Of a stretch of 64,000 nt of DNA, positions 8,879 to 19,479 are shown one piece after another. The notes beneath the pieces were generated by a model. It was not told the origin of the DNA. It searched no databases and saw only the letters and a program-made list of their open reading frames with translations. This DNA comes from Gemmatimonadales bacterium. Lineage in GTDB: Bacteria > Gemmatimonadota > Gemmatimonadetes > Gemmatimonadales > GWC2-71-9. Position 1 is the stretch's first letter. Each line of letters opens with the position of its first letter. The translations under genes and the position numbers were made by a program. The stretch lies in contig JBFGJG010000002.1 in assembly GCA_041577295.1 (NCBI GenBank), forward strand, positions 32,001-96,000, given 5' to 3'.

Positions 8879-9375
8879 CGGCGTTCAAGGACGGTGTCTG
8901 CGCCAACACCCACGCGTTGAACCTGCAGCCGGATGGCACAGATCCGCAGTTAGAACGCATCCCGCTGTATGAGGTGTACATGCGCATGGCAGAAGAGTTG
9001 GCGAAACGGTCGACCTGTTCGCGATTGCGCGTGGGAACGGTCGTAACCGACGCCAACCTGGAGAACGTGGTCGCCATTGGGTACAACGGAAACGCGAAGG
9101 GCCTCCCCAATCGATGTGATTCGACTGTTCCGGGAAACTGTGGGTGCATTCATTCGGAGGTCAACGCGCTGGTCAAAGCCCCGGGACACCTTCGCGACAA
9201 AGTGGTGTTCGTGACAGACAGTCCTTGTCTCATGTGTGCAAAGCTGATGATCAACTCGGGCGTCACACACGTGTTCTACCGCCGCCAGTATCGAGATCCA
9301 ACGGGCATCGAGCAATTGGCAGAAGCCGGTGTCGTGCCGGTGCATTATGATCGGTGGGCAACGGCGTGGCGTTGA
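8875..9375 (+). CDS. dCMP/cytidine deaminase family protein
   Basis: RSTC.R..VG, GYNG, HSEVNA and SPCLMC zinc motifs. ATGA overlap with rnhA. Confidence 0.85.
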   Translation: MTAFKDGVCANTHALNLQPDGTDPQLERIPLYEVYMRMAEELAKRSTCSRLRVGTVVTDANLENVVAIGYNGNAKGLPNRCDSTVPGNCGCIHSEVNALVKAPGHLRDKVVFVTDSPCLMCAKLMINSGVTHVFYRRQYRDPTGIEQLAEAGVVPVHYDRWATAWR

Positions 9376-9385
9376 GGATCGGACC

Positions 9386-10138
9386 GTGGATGACGTGACA
9401 CGCCTGTTCCGCCAGCTGGTAGAGGTACTCGCTAACCGGGCACCCGGTCGCCTGCACTCGCCGTTCACGATCGCCGAACTTTACGAGGAGTTGGTCCCGT
9501 ACAGGCGCTACCGCCGCGACTTGCGCTTCGAATCCATCGAAGATTACGAGATGGCCATGCTCAGATTCCTGGCGGGGGACGAAGGATATGCCGCGGTGGA
9601 GCCGGCTGAGGTGCGTGCGTCGTTGAATCGCGAGGTCGGCGCCATCAATCCGACTCCCGGCATCTTCCGCGGGTTTGGGAACGCAACCGTGTCGTTGAAC
9701 TCGAGCGCCGTCATGACGGTGCTCAACGCGCGGCGAGCGTACGAACCACCGCCCGAGCCGCAACCGCCCGCTCAGGTGGAGCGGGCCGCGGAACCCGCCG
9801 ATCCGAGTCCCGTCCCGACGGCACAGGAACCCACAACGCCGATCGCTGCGGAGCCGCCGGAAGCCGTCGCACCCGAGGAGGTGCGCGAGTCGGAACCGCC
9901 GCTGCCGAAGACCCCGCACGCCGACGAACATCCGGCGGCCCCCCTGGAGGAACTCGTGCCACCCATCCCCCTGCCAACGTGCTTCCGCTGCAGCGGCAAG
10001 CTCCCCGTCGGACTGCCCGTGCGATTCTGCCCGTCATGCGGCACGAGGCAACCGAACATCGCATGCATGCGGTGCGGTGCGTTGTTGGGAGAAGACTGGC
10101 AACACTGCGTTGCTTGTGGCGAGACCACAAACCACTAG
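9386..10138 (+). CDS. Double zinc-ribbon domain protein with a Pro/Glu-rich linker
   Basis: C-terminal CxxC..CPSCG..CxxCG..CxxCG. GTG 9386 follows GAGGA. Confidence 0.7.
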   Translation: MDDVTRLFRQLVEVLANRAPGRLHSPFTIAELYEELVPYRRYRRDLRFESIEDYEMAMLRFLAGDEGYAAVEPAEVRASLNREVGAINPTPGIFRGFGNATVSLNSSAVMTVLNARRAYEPPPEPQPPAQVERAAEPADPSPVPTAQEPTTPIAAEPPEAVAPEEVRESEPPLPKTPHADEHPAAPLEELVPPIPLPTCFRCSGKLPVGLPVRFCPSCGTRQPNIACMRCGALLGEDWQHCVACGETTNH

Positions 10139-11222
10139 CCGCTCCACTCATTCCGAGGTTCCCGTGGCCGTCATCGCCGGCGACGGGATCGGTCCGGACG
10201 TCGTCGACGCCGCAATCCCGGCTATCGAAATCGCCGCGAGCGCCGACGGTGCACGCATCGAGTGGCACCGCTTTCCGTATGGGGCCGACCACTACCTCGC
10301 CACTGGTGTCACGCTACCAGATAGCGCGGTGGACGGTTTTCGCTCGGACTTTGCGGCGATCCTGGTCGGGGCGCTCGGTGATCCACGGATACCGGCAAAC
10401 GAGCACGCGCGGGATATCCTCCTGGGTCTGCGCTGTGAGTTGGACCTGTACATCAACTTCCGGCCATGCCGTCTGCTGCACCCATCTCTCTCACCACTCA
10501 AGGGCTCCCCGGATCGCCCGGTCGACCTCGCGATCTTCCGTGAGAACACCGAGGGGATCTACTTGGGAAGGGGTTCCGTACGGTTCGAGGGAACGGATCG
10601 CGAGGAGCATGTTGCCGAGGATGTGCACACCGTTTCCAAGGTCCGACGCATAATCCTCGCGGCGTTGGGGTGGGCTCGAGCCAACGGTCGGCGTCGGGTC
10701 ACGGTCTGTGACAAGTCCAACGCCGTCCCCGCTCACGTCGTCTGGCAACGCGTCTTCACCCACGTGGGGGACGACTATCCGGACATCGAACGTGAACACC
10801 GCTATGTCGATGCGCTCGCCATGGAGCTCATCCGCGAGCCCGAGCGCTTCGACGTGATCGTCACCAACAACCTCTTTGGCGATATCCTCTCGGACATCGG
10901 GGCACAGCTCGTAGGAGGTCTCGGGATGGCGCCGAGCGCCAACCTGCACCCCGGACGCGTCGGGTTGTTCGAGCCCGTACACGGCTCGGCACCCACGTTG
11001 GCGGGCAAGGGCATCGCGAACCCCATGGCCACTGTCCTCACCGGGGCCCTCATGCTGCGAACGCTCGGACTCCCGTTGGGGGCGGGGTTGCTGGAAGAGG
11101 CGGTTCGCGCGGCTCTCGAGGACGGGGTGCGGACCCCGGACATCGGGGGAGACCTCAGCACCGCTCAGGTCGGCGACTGGATTGCGCACTGGATCGACGC
11201 CCGATCCGGCGCGCACGGTTGA
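10116..11222 (+). CDS. Isocitrate/isopropylmalate dehydrogenase family (LeuB/tartrate dehydrogenase-like)
   Basis: GDGIGPDV, RENTEG.Y, DKSN, NNLFGDILSD and FEPVHGSAP. Start uncertain (10116 or 10164). Confidence 0.88.
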   Translation: MARPQTTSRSTHSEVPVAVIAGDGIGPDVVDAAIPAIEIAASADGARIEWHRFPYGADHYLATGVTLPDSAVDGFRSDFAAILVGALGDPRIPANEHARDILLGLRCELDLYINFRPCRLLHPSLSPLKGSPDRPVDLAIFRENTEGIYLGRGSVRFEGTDREEHVAEDVHTVSKVRRIILAALGWARANGRRRVTVCDKSNAVPAHVVWQRVFTHVGDDYPDIEREHRYVDALAMELIREPERFDVIVTNNLFGDILSDIGAQLVGGLGMAPSANLHPGRVGLFEPVHGSAPTLAGKGIANPMATVLTGALMLRTLGLPLGAGLLEEAVRAALEDGVRTPDIGGDLSTAQVGDWIAHWIDARSGAHG

Positions 11223-11315
11223 AGCCAGGGCGGTTCGCGACGGGAGTGGAGCGTGGGCTTGCGGGTTATATTTTAAGGCTCTAGCCGGTCAGCGACCCGA
11301 CCCGGAGTGCTCCCC

Positions 11316-12530
11316 ATGAAGACTCAAGGCCAACGCAAGGACATCGTCTTTCTGTCCGGGGTCCGGACGGGGTTTGGCAAATTTGGCGGAACCCTCAAAG
11401 ACCACTCCGCCACCCGTCTTGCGGTGATTGCGGCGCGGCAGGCACTGGAGCGTTCTCGTGTGGATCCTTCCCACGTGGGTCACGTCGTGTTTGGCAACGC
11501 GCAGCAAACGTCAGCCGACGCCATCTATCTCGCTCGGCACGTCGGCCTGCAAAGCGGTCTCGAGATCGACACGCCCGCAGTGACGGTCAATCGCTTATGC
11601 GGTTCGGGCTTCGAGGCAATTACTCAGGCAGCGCAGCTGATCCTGCTGGACGAGGCCAGTGTCGTGCTCGCCGGTGGCACCGAGTCGATGAGTCAGGCAC
11701 CTCATGTGGTTCGCGGCGCCCGTTGGGGCATCCGGTTCGGCCCCGCGCCACCGTTCGAGGACTCGCTGTGGGAAGCCCTTCGTGACCCACAATGCGGTTT
11801 TTCGATGGCCGAGACCGCCGAGAACCTGGCGGAAAAGTACGAGCTCACACGAGAGGAAGTGGACACGTACGCTCTCCAGAGCCAGCAGCGCGCGAAGAAG
11901 GCGTGGGACGACTGCGTATTCGAAGATGAGGTAATCCCCGTTCCTATTAAGGACCGCAAGACCAAGCAGATGGTGGACTGGCGCGCGGACGAGCATATGC
12001 GCCCCGACACGACCCTCGCGGCTTTGAGCGCCTTGCCGCCGTACTTCAAGAAGGATGGTCTGGTGACGGCGGGAAACGCATCCGGCATATGCGATGGGGC
12101 CGCGGCAACCGTGCTCGCCGGTGAGGATTTTGCGGCAGAGCACGGACTCGAGCCATTGGGACGCCTCGTCGCCTGGGCGGTGGCGGGGGTCGATCCGAAG
12201 ATCATGGGCATCGGCCCGGCTCCGGCGGCGCGTAAAGCACTCGCCAGGGCTGGTCTCTCACTGAAGGATATGGAGCTCGTCGAGGTCAACGAGGCATTCG
12301 CACCTCAATACGTGGCGGTGGAGAAGGAGCTCGGGTTGGATCGATCCCGCACTAATGTCCACGGAGGGGCGATCGCCATCGGGCATCCACTCGCCGCAAG
12401 TGGGGCACGAATCACCATCCACTTGCTGCACGCCCTCCGGCGTACCAACAAGCGCTTCGGCCTCGGTTCTGCGTGCATCGGCGGCGGGCAGGGGGCAGCC
12501 GTGATCGTCGAGGCATTCCCCGGAAATTGA
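11316..12530 (+). CDS. Acetyl-CoA C-acyltransferase (thiolase)
   Basis: NRLCGSG, NEAFA, GHPLAASG and CIGGGQG. Confidence 0.93.
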   Translation: MKTQGQRKDIVFLSGVRTGFGKFGGTLKDHSATRLAVIAARQALERSRVDPSHVGHVVFGNAQQTSADAIYLARHVGLQSGLEIDTPAVTVNRLCGSGFEAITQAAQLILLDEASVVLAGGTESMSQAPHVVRGARWGIRFGPAPPFEDSLWEALRDPQCGFSMAETAENLAEKYELTREEVDTYALQSQQRAKKAWDDCVFEDEVIPVPIKDRKTKQMVDWRADEHMRPDTTLAALSALPPYFKKDGLVTAGNASGICDGAAATVLAGEDFAAEHGLEPLGRLVAWAVAGVDPKIMGIGPAPAARKALARAGLSLKDMELVEVNEAFAPQYVAVEKELGLDRSRTNVHGGAIAIGHPLAASGARITIHLLHALRRTNKRFGLGSACIGGGQGAAVIVEAFPGN

Positions 12531-12548
12531 CGCCCGCGAGTCGATGAA

Positions 12549-13373
12549 ATGAGCGACCTCGTTCCGACTGGCCGTATCGATCGCGCCGCGCTCGAACGCA
12601 TCGTCAAGCGGGCCGCAGAGCTCCAAGCCCAGGAGCGCGAGATCGGTGAGGGCCTCACTGAAGAGCAGGTCTTGGATCTGGGTCGCGAAGTCGGTATCCC
12701 CGCCACGTACCTTCAGCGTGCATTGCTCGAAGAACGGGCTCGAACTGTGGCGCCAACCAGTGGCGGTGTCCGGGTGTGGTTGGCGGGACCGCGTTTCGTG
12801 GCTGCTGCCCGATCCGTCGCCGGCACCCCGTCGAAGATTCAAGACGCTTTGCATCAGTGGATGACCCAAGGCGAGCTGCTTCAGCTCAAGCGCCGATGGC
12901 CCGACGGCACCTCATGGGAGCGCCAGGAGGGCGCGTTCGCCTCGATCAAGCGGTCGCTGAGTCTTGGCGGCCGGCGGTACGTGCTCGCCCGGGCACGTGA
13001 GGTACAGAGTCGCGTGGTCGCGATGGACGCTACCAAGTGCTACGTTCAGCTCGTCGCCGATATGTCCAACAGCTTCAACGAGTATCTCACCGGTAGCGGC
13101 TTCATTGCCGGGGGTGGGGCCGTGGCGACCGGAGTGGCCTTGTTGGTCGGTGTCCTTCCACCCTTCGCCATTGCCCCTGCGATCGCGGCGGTGCCCGTTG
13201 CCATTGCCGTCGCGCGATCGCGCCGCTCCGAGGTCGAGCGGTGCCAGGTTGCCCTCGAGCAAGTGCTCGATCGCCTCGAGCACGATGAGATCGACGTTCG
13301 CAAAAAGTCCGGGCAGGGCGCTGCCGGATTCGTTCGCCTGGCGGACGAAATCAAGAAGTCTCTCGGAGCATGA
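12549..13373 (+). CDS. Hypothetical membrane protein
   Basis: Clean ORF within the operon, with two C-terminal hydrophobic segments. Confidence 0.65.
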   Translation: MSDLVPTGRIDRAALERIVKRAAELQAQEREIGEGLTEEQVLDLGREVGIPATYLQRALLEERARTVAPTSGGVRVWLAGPRFVAAARSVAGTPSKIQDALHQWMTQGELLQLKRRWPDGTSWERQEGAFASIKRSLSLGGRRYVLARAREVQSRVVAMDATKCYVQLVADMSNSFNEYLTGSGFIAGGGAVATGVALLVGVLPPFAIAPAIAAVPVAIAVARSRRSEVERCQVALEQVLDRLEHDEIDVRKKSGQGAAGFVRLADEIKKSLGA

Positions 13374-13404
13374 CCTACTCTCTGTTCCCCGTTATCGCGA
13401 GCCC

Positions 13405-14292
13405 ATGAGCGACATCAAGACGGTTGGGGTCCTTGGATGTGGTTTGATGGGGAGTGGTATTGCCCAGGTCGCCGCACAGGCAGGCTATCGCACACTGGTT
13501 CGCGAGATCTCAGACGACCTGAACGCCAAGGGGCGAGCTCGAATCGAAACGTCGCTCGGAAGGCTCGTGGAAAAGGGCAAGCTGGTCCCCGATGATCGCG
13601 ACACGGCGCTGGGGCGGCTCACATTCGTCACCGAGGTTCGGGCATTGCGCGACTGTGACATCGTGATCGAAGCGGTGACGGAGAATCTCGATATCAAGAA
13701 CGCCTTGTGGACCGAGCTCGACGACCTCACGTCTACTCAAACCATCTTTGCCTCGAACACTTCCAGTCTCACCATCGCGGCGATGGCAGCAGCCACGAAG
13801 CGACCGGATCGGTTTGTCGGTCTCCACTTTTTCAACCCAGTTCCACTGATGAGGCTCGTCGAGGTGGTGAGAACCGTGACCACCAGCCCGGAGACGTTCG
13901 ACCGCGCCACCGCCTTTGCCCAATCATTGGGTAAGGAGACCGTTTCCGCCAAGGACAACTCCGGTTTCATCGTGAACACCTTGCTCGTGCCCTACCTGCT
14001 CGACGCTATTCGTGCCCTCGAGCATGGGGTAGGATCTGTGGAAGACATCGACAAGGCGATGGTGCTCGGGACCGGCCACCCGATGGGACCGTTCACTCTG
14101 CTCGACTTCGTAGGCCTCGACACTACATATCGGATTGCCGAGATCATGTTCGACGAGTATCGGGAGACCCGGTACGCACCGCCACCGATCCTGAAGCGGA
14201 TGGTGCTCGCGGGCATGCACGGAAAGAAGTCCGGCAAGGGTTTTTACGACTATTCCACTTCACCACCGTCCGTCTCGAATTTGGGGCTGTGA
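13405..14292 (+). CDS. 3-hydroxybutyryl-CoA dehydrogenase
   Basis: GCGLMGSGIA, IEAVTE, SNTSS, GLHFFNP, GFIVN, PMGPF.L.D.VGLD and GKKSGKGFY. Confidence 0.93.
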   Translation: MSDIKTVGVLGCGLMGSGIAQVAAQAGYRTLVREISDDLNAKGRARIETSLGRLVEKGKLVPDDRDTALGRLTFVTEVRALRDCDIVIEAVTENLDIKNALWTELDDLTSTQTIFASNTSSLTIAAMAAATKRPDRFVGLHFFNPVPLMRLVEVVRTVTTSPETFDRATAFAQSLGKETVSAKDNSGFIVNTLLVPYLLDAIRALEHGVGSVEDIDKAMVLGTGHPMGPFTLLDFVGLDTTYRIAEIMFDEYRETRYAPPPILKRMVLAGMHGKKSGKGFYDYSTSPPSVSNLGL

Positions 14293-14897
14293 CCATGTGG
14301 CAAACTCCCGCTGAGCTCCACTCCGCGTTGAACGATCTGCCCGTCATTCTGCTGATCGCCTCGGTGGTGTTCGACCTCGCTGGGAGCGCTACGAAACGTG
14401 AGTCATTGAAGGCTGCCGGGTTCTGGACGATGACCGGTGCGGCTGGCGGCGCGCTGCTGGCCCTCATCTCCGGGCTCCGCGCAGAAGACTCCATCGAACA
14501 TGGGGGGTCGGTGCACCTCGTGATGGAACGACACGAAACCCTCGCGATCGCTGCGACTGTGCTCATCGTGGCGCTCGCCGCATGGCGTATATGGCGTCGC
14601 GGACAGCTTCGTGCCTCGGAGCGGCCGGTCTACCTATCAATCAGCGCCGTCGGGGCCCTCGCCATCATCTGGGTCGCGCATATCGGAGGAACCATTGTGT
14701 ACCGCTACGGTGGTGGAATCCCAACACCGGTCATGGAAGCGGCTCTCGAAGAGCGAACGGTGGGCCACAGCCACGGTCCCGGTGAGGAGCACGAACACGG
14801 TGAGGCGAGCACCCCGAGGGACTCTGCGGCTGATACGACCGCACAAGGTGAAGGCCATTCACACCCGCCTGGGACGCCCGAGCACGAGCACGAGTAG
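14289..14897 (+). CDS. DUF2231-like membrane protein with a His-rich C-terminal tail
   Basis: Four hydrophobic helices, H...GG.IVY.YG motif, and tail GHSHGPGEEHEH...GHSHPPGTPEHEHE. Confidence 0.7.
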   Translation: MTMWQTPAELHSALNDLPVILLIASVVFDLAGSATKRESLKAAGFWTMTGAAGGALLALISGLRAEDSIEHGGSVHLVMERHETLAIAATVLIVALAAWRIWRRGQLRASERPVYLSISAVGALAIIWVAHIGGTIVYRYGGGIPTPVMEAALEERTVGHSHGPGEEHEHGEASTPRDSAADTTAQGEGHSHPPGTPEHEHE

Positions 14898-15372
14898 CGG
14901 GGCAGGTTACGCCGTTCTGCAGCTCGCCGCCGGCCTCGTCGTGCTCGCCGCCTGCGGGTCCGTCAACGTCCGTCCGTACCTCACGCCGTTGCCGACCGCA
15001 CTTTTGGACACGCTGCGGGCGCCGCCCGACGCGTTGATCACGGAGGCCGAACGAGTCCTCACCATGGAGGGCCTACGGGTCCGCGCCGCCAGCGCGCAGG
15101 AGGGATACCTCGAAACGCATTGGTACGATCCCGCGACGCAACGCACGGTGGGTTCCACGGCTTTCCCAGTCCAACGGGCGGTCAAACTGCGCCTTTGGGC
15201 GGATTCGGTTGGCCTCGGACGCACGCAATTGACGAGCGAGGCGGTGATTCGCCGCTCCGCGGATCCGTCGCTCCCGTCTCGCGAAGCTGAAATGGTCGTT
15301 CCGCCGGACCACCCAGGTTACGAGCTCCTCGTCCGAGTCCGTGACAGCTTGCGGGGCAGGTTTGGCGGATGA
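14848..15372 (+). CDS. Hypothetical lipoprotein
   Basis: Lipobox LAAC and EGYLETHWYD. Fills the operon gap and ends in an ATGA overlap. Start uncertain. Confidence 0.55.
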   Translation: MKAIHTRLGRPSTSTSSGAGYAVLQLAAGLVVLAACGSVNVRPYLTPLPTALLDTLRAPPDALITEAERVLTMEGLRVRAASAQEGYLETHWYDPATQRTVGSTAFPVQRAVKLRLWADSVGLGRTQLTSEAVIRRSADPSLPSREAEMVVPPDHPGYELLVRVRDSLRGRFGG

Positions 15373-16607
15373 GCGAACAGGCGCGTCGGCATCACAACGG
15401 TGGCTCGAGCACCCGTGGACGCCTATGGGACGCGGTGGTCGTGGGTGGGGGGCCCGCCGGTTCCACCGCTGCGTTTTACCTCACCGCGCACGGGCACGAC
15501 GTCTTGATCCTCGACAAGTACGATTTTCCTCGGCCAAAGGTCTGCGGCGATGCACTCATTCCCGACGCGCTTGCGAGTCTCAAACGATCGGGATTGTACG
15601 ATGCGGTTCGCGCGCATGCCTATCACGCGTCGACCGTCAGCGTGTACAGTCCGTCCCGGATTCAGGTTGATCTCCCGGGTGAGTTCCTCACGATCAAACG
15701 GGAAGTGTTCGACAGCATCCTCCTCGATGCTGCGGTGGCACGAGGAGCTGAATTCCGGCGAGGAGAAGTGGTCGACGTCGAGCGGGGACCTGAGGAGGTG
15801 CGGCTCGTCACACGTGACGAAACCATCACGGCACGCTATGGGATCCTCGCGACCGGAGCGGACGTTTCGTTACTCAAAAGCACCGAGATGCTCCGGCGTC
15901 GACGGCCCAGTGGTATTGCGGCGCGGTTCTACGTCAGGTCGACGGTACAAATCGATGAGCTCGTCGTGTCGCTCGATCGCGCTGTACTTCCTGGATACGC
16001 ATGGATCTTCCCTCTGCCAGACGGGCTGTACAATGTGGGCGCGGGCGGCTTCTACCACGGTCGCAAAAACCGGGGTCTGCGTCTGCGAAAGGTCGTCGAC
16101 GCGTTCCTCGAGAGCTTTCCCGCGGCACAGGCGTTGATGGACGCCGCGACCGATGTCACGCCGCTGCAAGGAGCGATGCTCAGGTGTGGTCTGGAGGGGG
16201 CTGCCGTTGTGGACGGCGGGCGGGTCGTGGCGGTTGGAGAAACGATCGGGACGACATTTCCATTCACCGGGGAAGGTATCGGCAAAGCCATGGAGTCGGC
16301 AGAGCTCGCGGCGCTCCGCGTACACGAGGCACTCACCACCGATAACCCGGCACCGCTCGATCAGCTACCGACCATGCTCGAGCGGGATCTCCGGCATCGC
16401 TACCTCGGCTACCAGGTGGCCGAGTCGTGGGCATCGCACGCGTGGTTGACCGATATGCTGGCGCGAAGAATCCAAGCGAGTCCCCGACTCACTCGCGCGG
16501 CGGCCGGGGTGTTGAACGAACATGTCGATCCTCGCGTCGTCTTCCGGTGGCGCAACCTGCTGCCGCGCTGGGCTCGGGGACAGTTGCGACACAGCGAAAA
16601 CCCTTGA
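15369..16607 (+). CDS. Geranylgeranyl reductase family FAD oxidoreductase
   Basis: VVGGGPAGS, FPRPKVCGD, GYAWIFP and PFTGEGI. Confidence 0.88.
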   Translation: MSEQARRHHNGGSSTRGRLWDAVVVGGGPAGSTAAFYLTAHGHDVLILDKYDFPRPKVCGDALIPDALASLKRSGLYDAVRAHAYHASTVSVYSPSRIQVDLPGEFLTIKREVFDSILLDAAVARGAEFRRGEVVDVERGPEEVRLVTRDETITARYGILATGADVSLLKSTEMLRRRRPSGIAARFYVRSTVQIDELVVSLDRAVLPGYAWIFPLPDGLYNVGAGGFYHGRKNRGLRLRKVVDAFLESFPAAQALMDAATDVTPLQGAMLRCGLEGAAVVDGGRVVAVGETIGTTFPFTGEGIGKAMESAELAALRVHEALTTDNPAPLDQLPTMLERDLRHRYLGYQVAESWASHAWLTDMLARRIQASPRLTRAAAGVLNEHVDPRVVFRWRNLLPRWARGQLRHSENP

Positions 16608-16621
16608 AGGTTTAGCCCGAC

Positions 16622-17749
16622 ATGGCGGTTCGGCAGCCCACCCCCACACCGGTCGCAACGGCCCAGACTCCCCTCTCCGGAGAGCCCCGAGCCGTGCAGC
16701 CATCCGCGACCCCGTCGGCCATGACCGACCGGTTGTTCTGCCAAGCCATGCTCCCCAAGGTCTCTCGGACATTCGCCGTGTGCATTCGACTGCTCCCTCC
16801 CAAGCTGGAGCATTCGGTGCTCGTCGCCTATCTCCTGTGCCGGATTGCTGACACCATCGAGGATACCACGACGCTGGGGGGAAGCGACAAGGCGCGTCTG
16901 CTCGACGACTTTCGCGGCTGCCTCCACGGCGAAGGGGAGGCCACGTCGTTGCGCGAGGCATTCGACGGCGCGACGAGCGACGAAGAGCGTCTTGCGCACG
17001 ATGCGGATTCCGTCCTCCGCGAATATCGACACCTCCCAGCAGCTCATCAGGAGGCGATCCGCCCGTTCGTCCAGGAGATGTGCACCGGCATGGCTGAGTT
17101 TGCGACACGGGAGCGGGCATCCCGGTCGGGAGATGTAGCGCTGGAAACGGTGGCGGACCTCGAGCGGTACTGCTACTACGTCGCGGGTACCGTTGGGCAT
17201 TTGCTGACCGACTTGTTCCGGCTGCAAGGGCGCTCCCTCGCGGCCGATCAGTACCACGAGCTCAAAGACCTGGCTACCAGCTTTGGCCTCGGCTTACAAC
17301 TCACCAACATCATCAAGGATGTCGCTGACGACCGGCGTCGCGGATGGACGTTCGTCCCGCGTCAACTGTGTCAGCTCGCCGGGATACGCCCCGAGGAGCT
17401 CCAGGATGAGGGTCATCGTGAGCAGGCGGGTCACGTGATGCGCCAGCTGATCGACAAGGCTAAGGGTCACCTGTGCGACGCCCTCGAGTACACCACCCGG
17501 CTGCCGCGGCGCTGGTACCGGGTCCGCCTCTTCTGTCTCACCTCGCTCTACTTCGCCGTCAACACCATCCGGTTGGCCGAACAGGATCAGCGGTTGCTCG
17601 ATCCATCGCACAAGGTCAAGATCTCGCGGTCGACCGTATACCGCACGCTGCGGATCACGAAGCTCGTCGCCCCGAGCAACGGTCTCGTGCGCGCCTATTT
17701 CCGGCACCTCGCCGGCAACGCGTGGCACTGCACCAACCCAGTCTCCTAA
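16622..17749 (+). CDS. Squalene/phytoene synthase family protein (SQS-type)
   Basis: SRTF flap, YLLCRIADTIED, YCYYVAGTVG and GLQLTNIIKDVADD. Confidence 0.88.
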   Translation: MAVRQPTPTPVATAQTPLSGEPRAVQPSATPSAMTDRLFCQAMLPKVSRTFAVCIRLLPPKLEHSVLVAYLLCRIADTIEDTTTLGGSDKARLLDDFRGCLHGEGEATSLREAFDGATSDEERLAHDADSVLREYRHLPAAHQEAIRPFVQEMCTGMAEFATRERASRSGDVALETVADLERYCYYVAGTVGHLLTDLFRLQGRSLAADQYHELKDLATSFGLGLQLTNIIKDVADDRRRGWTFVPRQLCQLAGIRPEELQDEGHREQAGHVMRQLIDKAKGHLCDALEYTTRLPRRWYRVRLFCLTSLYFAVNTIRLAEQDQRLLDPSHKVKISRSTVYRTLRITKLVAPSNGLVRAYFRHLAGNAWHCTNPVS

Positions 17750-17787
17750 TCTCGCGTCAGGCGGTGACGCCGACATAGCTTTCAATA

Positions 17788-19422
17788 ATGTCGGTGCCCG
17801 ACACACCCGAGCCGCTTTATCGAGGCTCCTATTTCGTAGACGCCAGCACCCGCGCGGCCTATAGCGAGGGCGCAGGACCCCTTCGCATCGTTCCGGCCGC
17901 TGTGGCGATCCCATGCGACGTGCCGGACCTTGTCCGACTGATCCACCACGCTCGGACTCGAGGTTTGCCACTCACACCTCGCGGTGCCGCCAGCGGCATG
18001 CCGGGAGGGAACCTCGGATCGGGAATCGTGGTGGACCTCCAGTCGTTCGATCGGACCATGGTGTTTGGACCGGACCGCACCGTCATTGTCGGTGCGTCGG
18101 TCACATGGGGCGAGCTCGCTCAGGCAGCCGGCTCGCGCGGACTCCGGTTGCCACCAGACCCTTCCAGCGGCCGATTCTGCACGATTGGCGGAATGGTCTC
18201 CACAAACGCCGCCGGCCCGCAGAGCGTGAAATACGGAAGCATTCGACCGTGGGTTCGTGGCATCGAGATCGTCACGGCCGATGGCGAGGTCACGTGGCTC
18301 CGGCGTGGGGCTGAACCAGACGCCGAGATCCAGGCAGTTCATCGCTTCGAACGCGGCGTCGGGCCAACCCTTCGCAAGAGCGCAGTCAGCGTCCGAGCGG
18401 CCTTCCCTCGTACAACCAAGAACTCAGCGGGATACGCCCTAGACCATTACGTCGAGCGGGGGGACCTCCTCGACCTCGTCATCGGATCGGAAGGAACGCT
18501 CGTTGTGGTCACCCGAATCGAGCTTCAGCTAATCGCGCTTCCGGAGTCGGAGGCTGCGATCCTCATCGCGCTCGACGATCTGGCAGCCATGAGCCCCGTG
18601 GTGGCGCTCCTCCGTGATTACGATCCGTCCGGGGTCGAGTTGATGGACCGGACCCTGCTCCACCTCGGGGGAGCCGCGGTACCGCTCCGCCTCCACGACG
18701 TCGAGGCGCTGTTGTTGGTTCGTCTGGAGCGTTCCAGTGATCACGAGCTTCACCAGTCGGTAAACCGGGCAAGTGCGGCGCTCGCACCGCTCGCCCAGTT
18801 CGTCGAAACGGCCACTACCGCCGCAGAACTCACCCGCCTGTGGAGCATCCGGCACGCGGCGAGTCCAGCGCTTGCCAGCCTTCCCGAAACGCGCCGCTCG
18901 CTTCAGATCGTCGAGGACGGCTGCGTGCCCGTCTCCGCCCTCGGCCGGTATATCGCCGGCGTGCGTCAAGCAGCCGAGGACGTGGGGATCGAGATCGTCG
19001 CGTTCGGACACGCTGGGGACGGGCACCTGCATGTCAATGCGCTGACGGACCTCACACGATCCGATTATCGCACCGCACTCGAGGACCTTTACGAGCGAGT
19101 CACGGACCTGGTGATCACCTTGGGCGGAACACCCAGCGGCGAGCACGGTGACGGCCGCGTCCGAGCGCCTGCGATCCAACGCGTGTACGATCCCGCGGTG
19201 ATCGACCTGTTCCGGAGTGTAAGAGCCGCGTTCGATCCGAATTCAGTGCTCAATCCCGGGACGATTCTCCCCGACGAGACTTTGCCTCTAGATCGGTTGA
19301 AGGTGGGAGCGCAGGCCACACCGATCCCTGCCGAGATCGCTCGCGGTCTTCGGGAGATGGAGCGGGCCGGCGGCTGGGGGAGGGCCAAGAGCGAACTGGC
19401 CGAACGGGGGATGAGCAGTTAG
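17788..19422 (+). CDS. FAD-linked oxidase (GlcD/D-lactate dehydrogenase family)
   Basis: PDPSS, TIGG..STNAAG, GSEGTL, GHAGDGHLH, GEHGDG and FDP...LNPG. Confidence 0.85.
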   Translation: MSVPDTPEPLYRGSYFVDASTRAAYSEGAGPLRIVPAAVAIPCDVPDLVRLIHHARTRGLPLTPRGAASGMPGGNLGSGIVVDLQSFDRTMVFGPDRTVIVGASVTWGELAQAAGSRGLRLPPDPSSGRFCTIGGMVSTNAAGPQSVKYGSIRPWVRGIEIVTADGEVTWLRRGAEPDAEIQAVHRFERGVGPTLRKSAVSVRAAFPRTTKNSAGYALDHYVERGDLLDLVIGSEGTLVVVTRIELQLIALPESEAAILIALDDLAAMSPVVALLRDYDPSGVELMDRTLLHLGGAAVPLRLHDVEALLLVRLERSSDHELHQSVNRASAALAPLAQFVETATTAAELTRLWSIRHAASPALASLPETRRSLQIVEDGCVPVSALGRYIAGVRQAAEDVGIEIVAFGHAGDGHLHVNALTDLTRSDYRTALEDLYERVTDLVITLGGTPSGEHGDGRVRAPAIQRVYDPAVIDLFRSVRAAFDPNSVLNPGTILPDETLPLDRLKVGAQATPIPAEIARGLREMERAGGWGRAKSELAERGMSS

Positions 19423-19479
19423 ATAGTCGATGAGGGATGGGTGCCAGTCGTTGTCCCCGGGAGTTTCGCGAGGTCGAAG

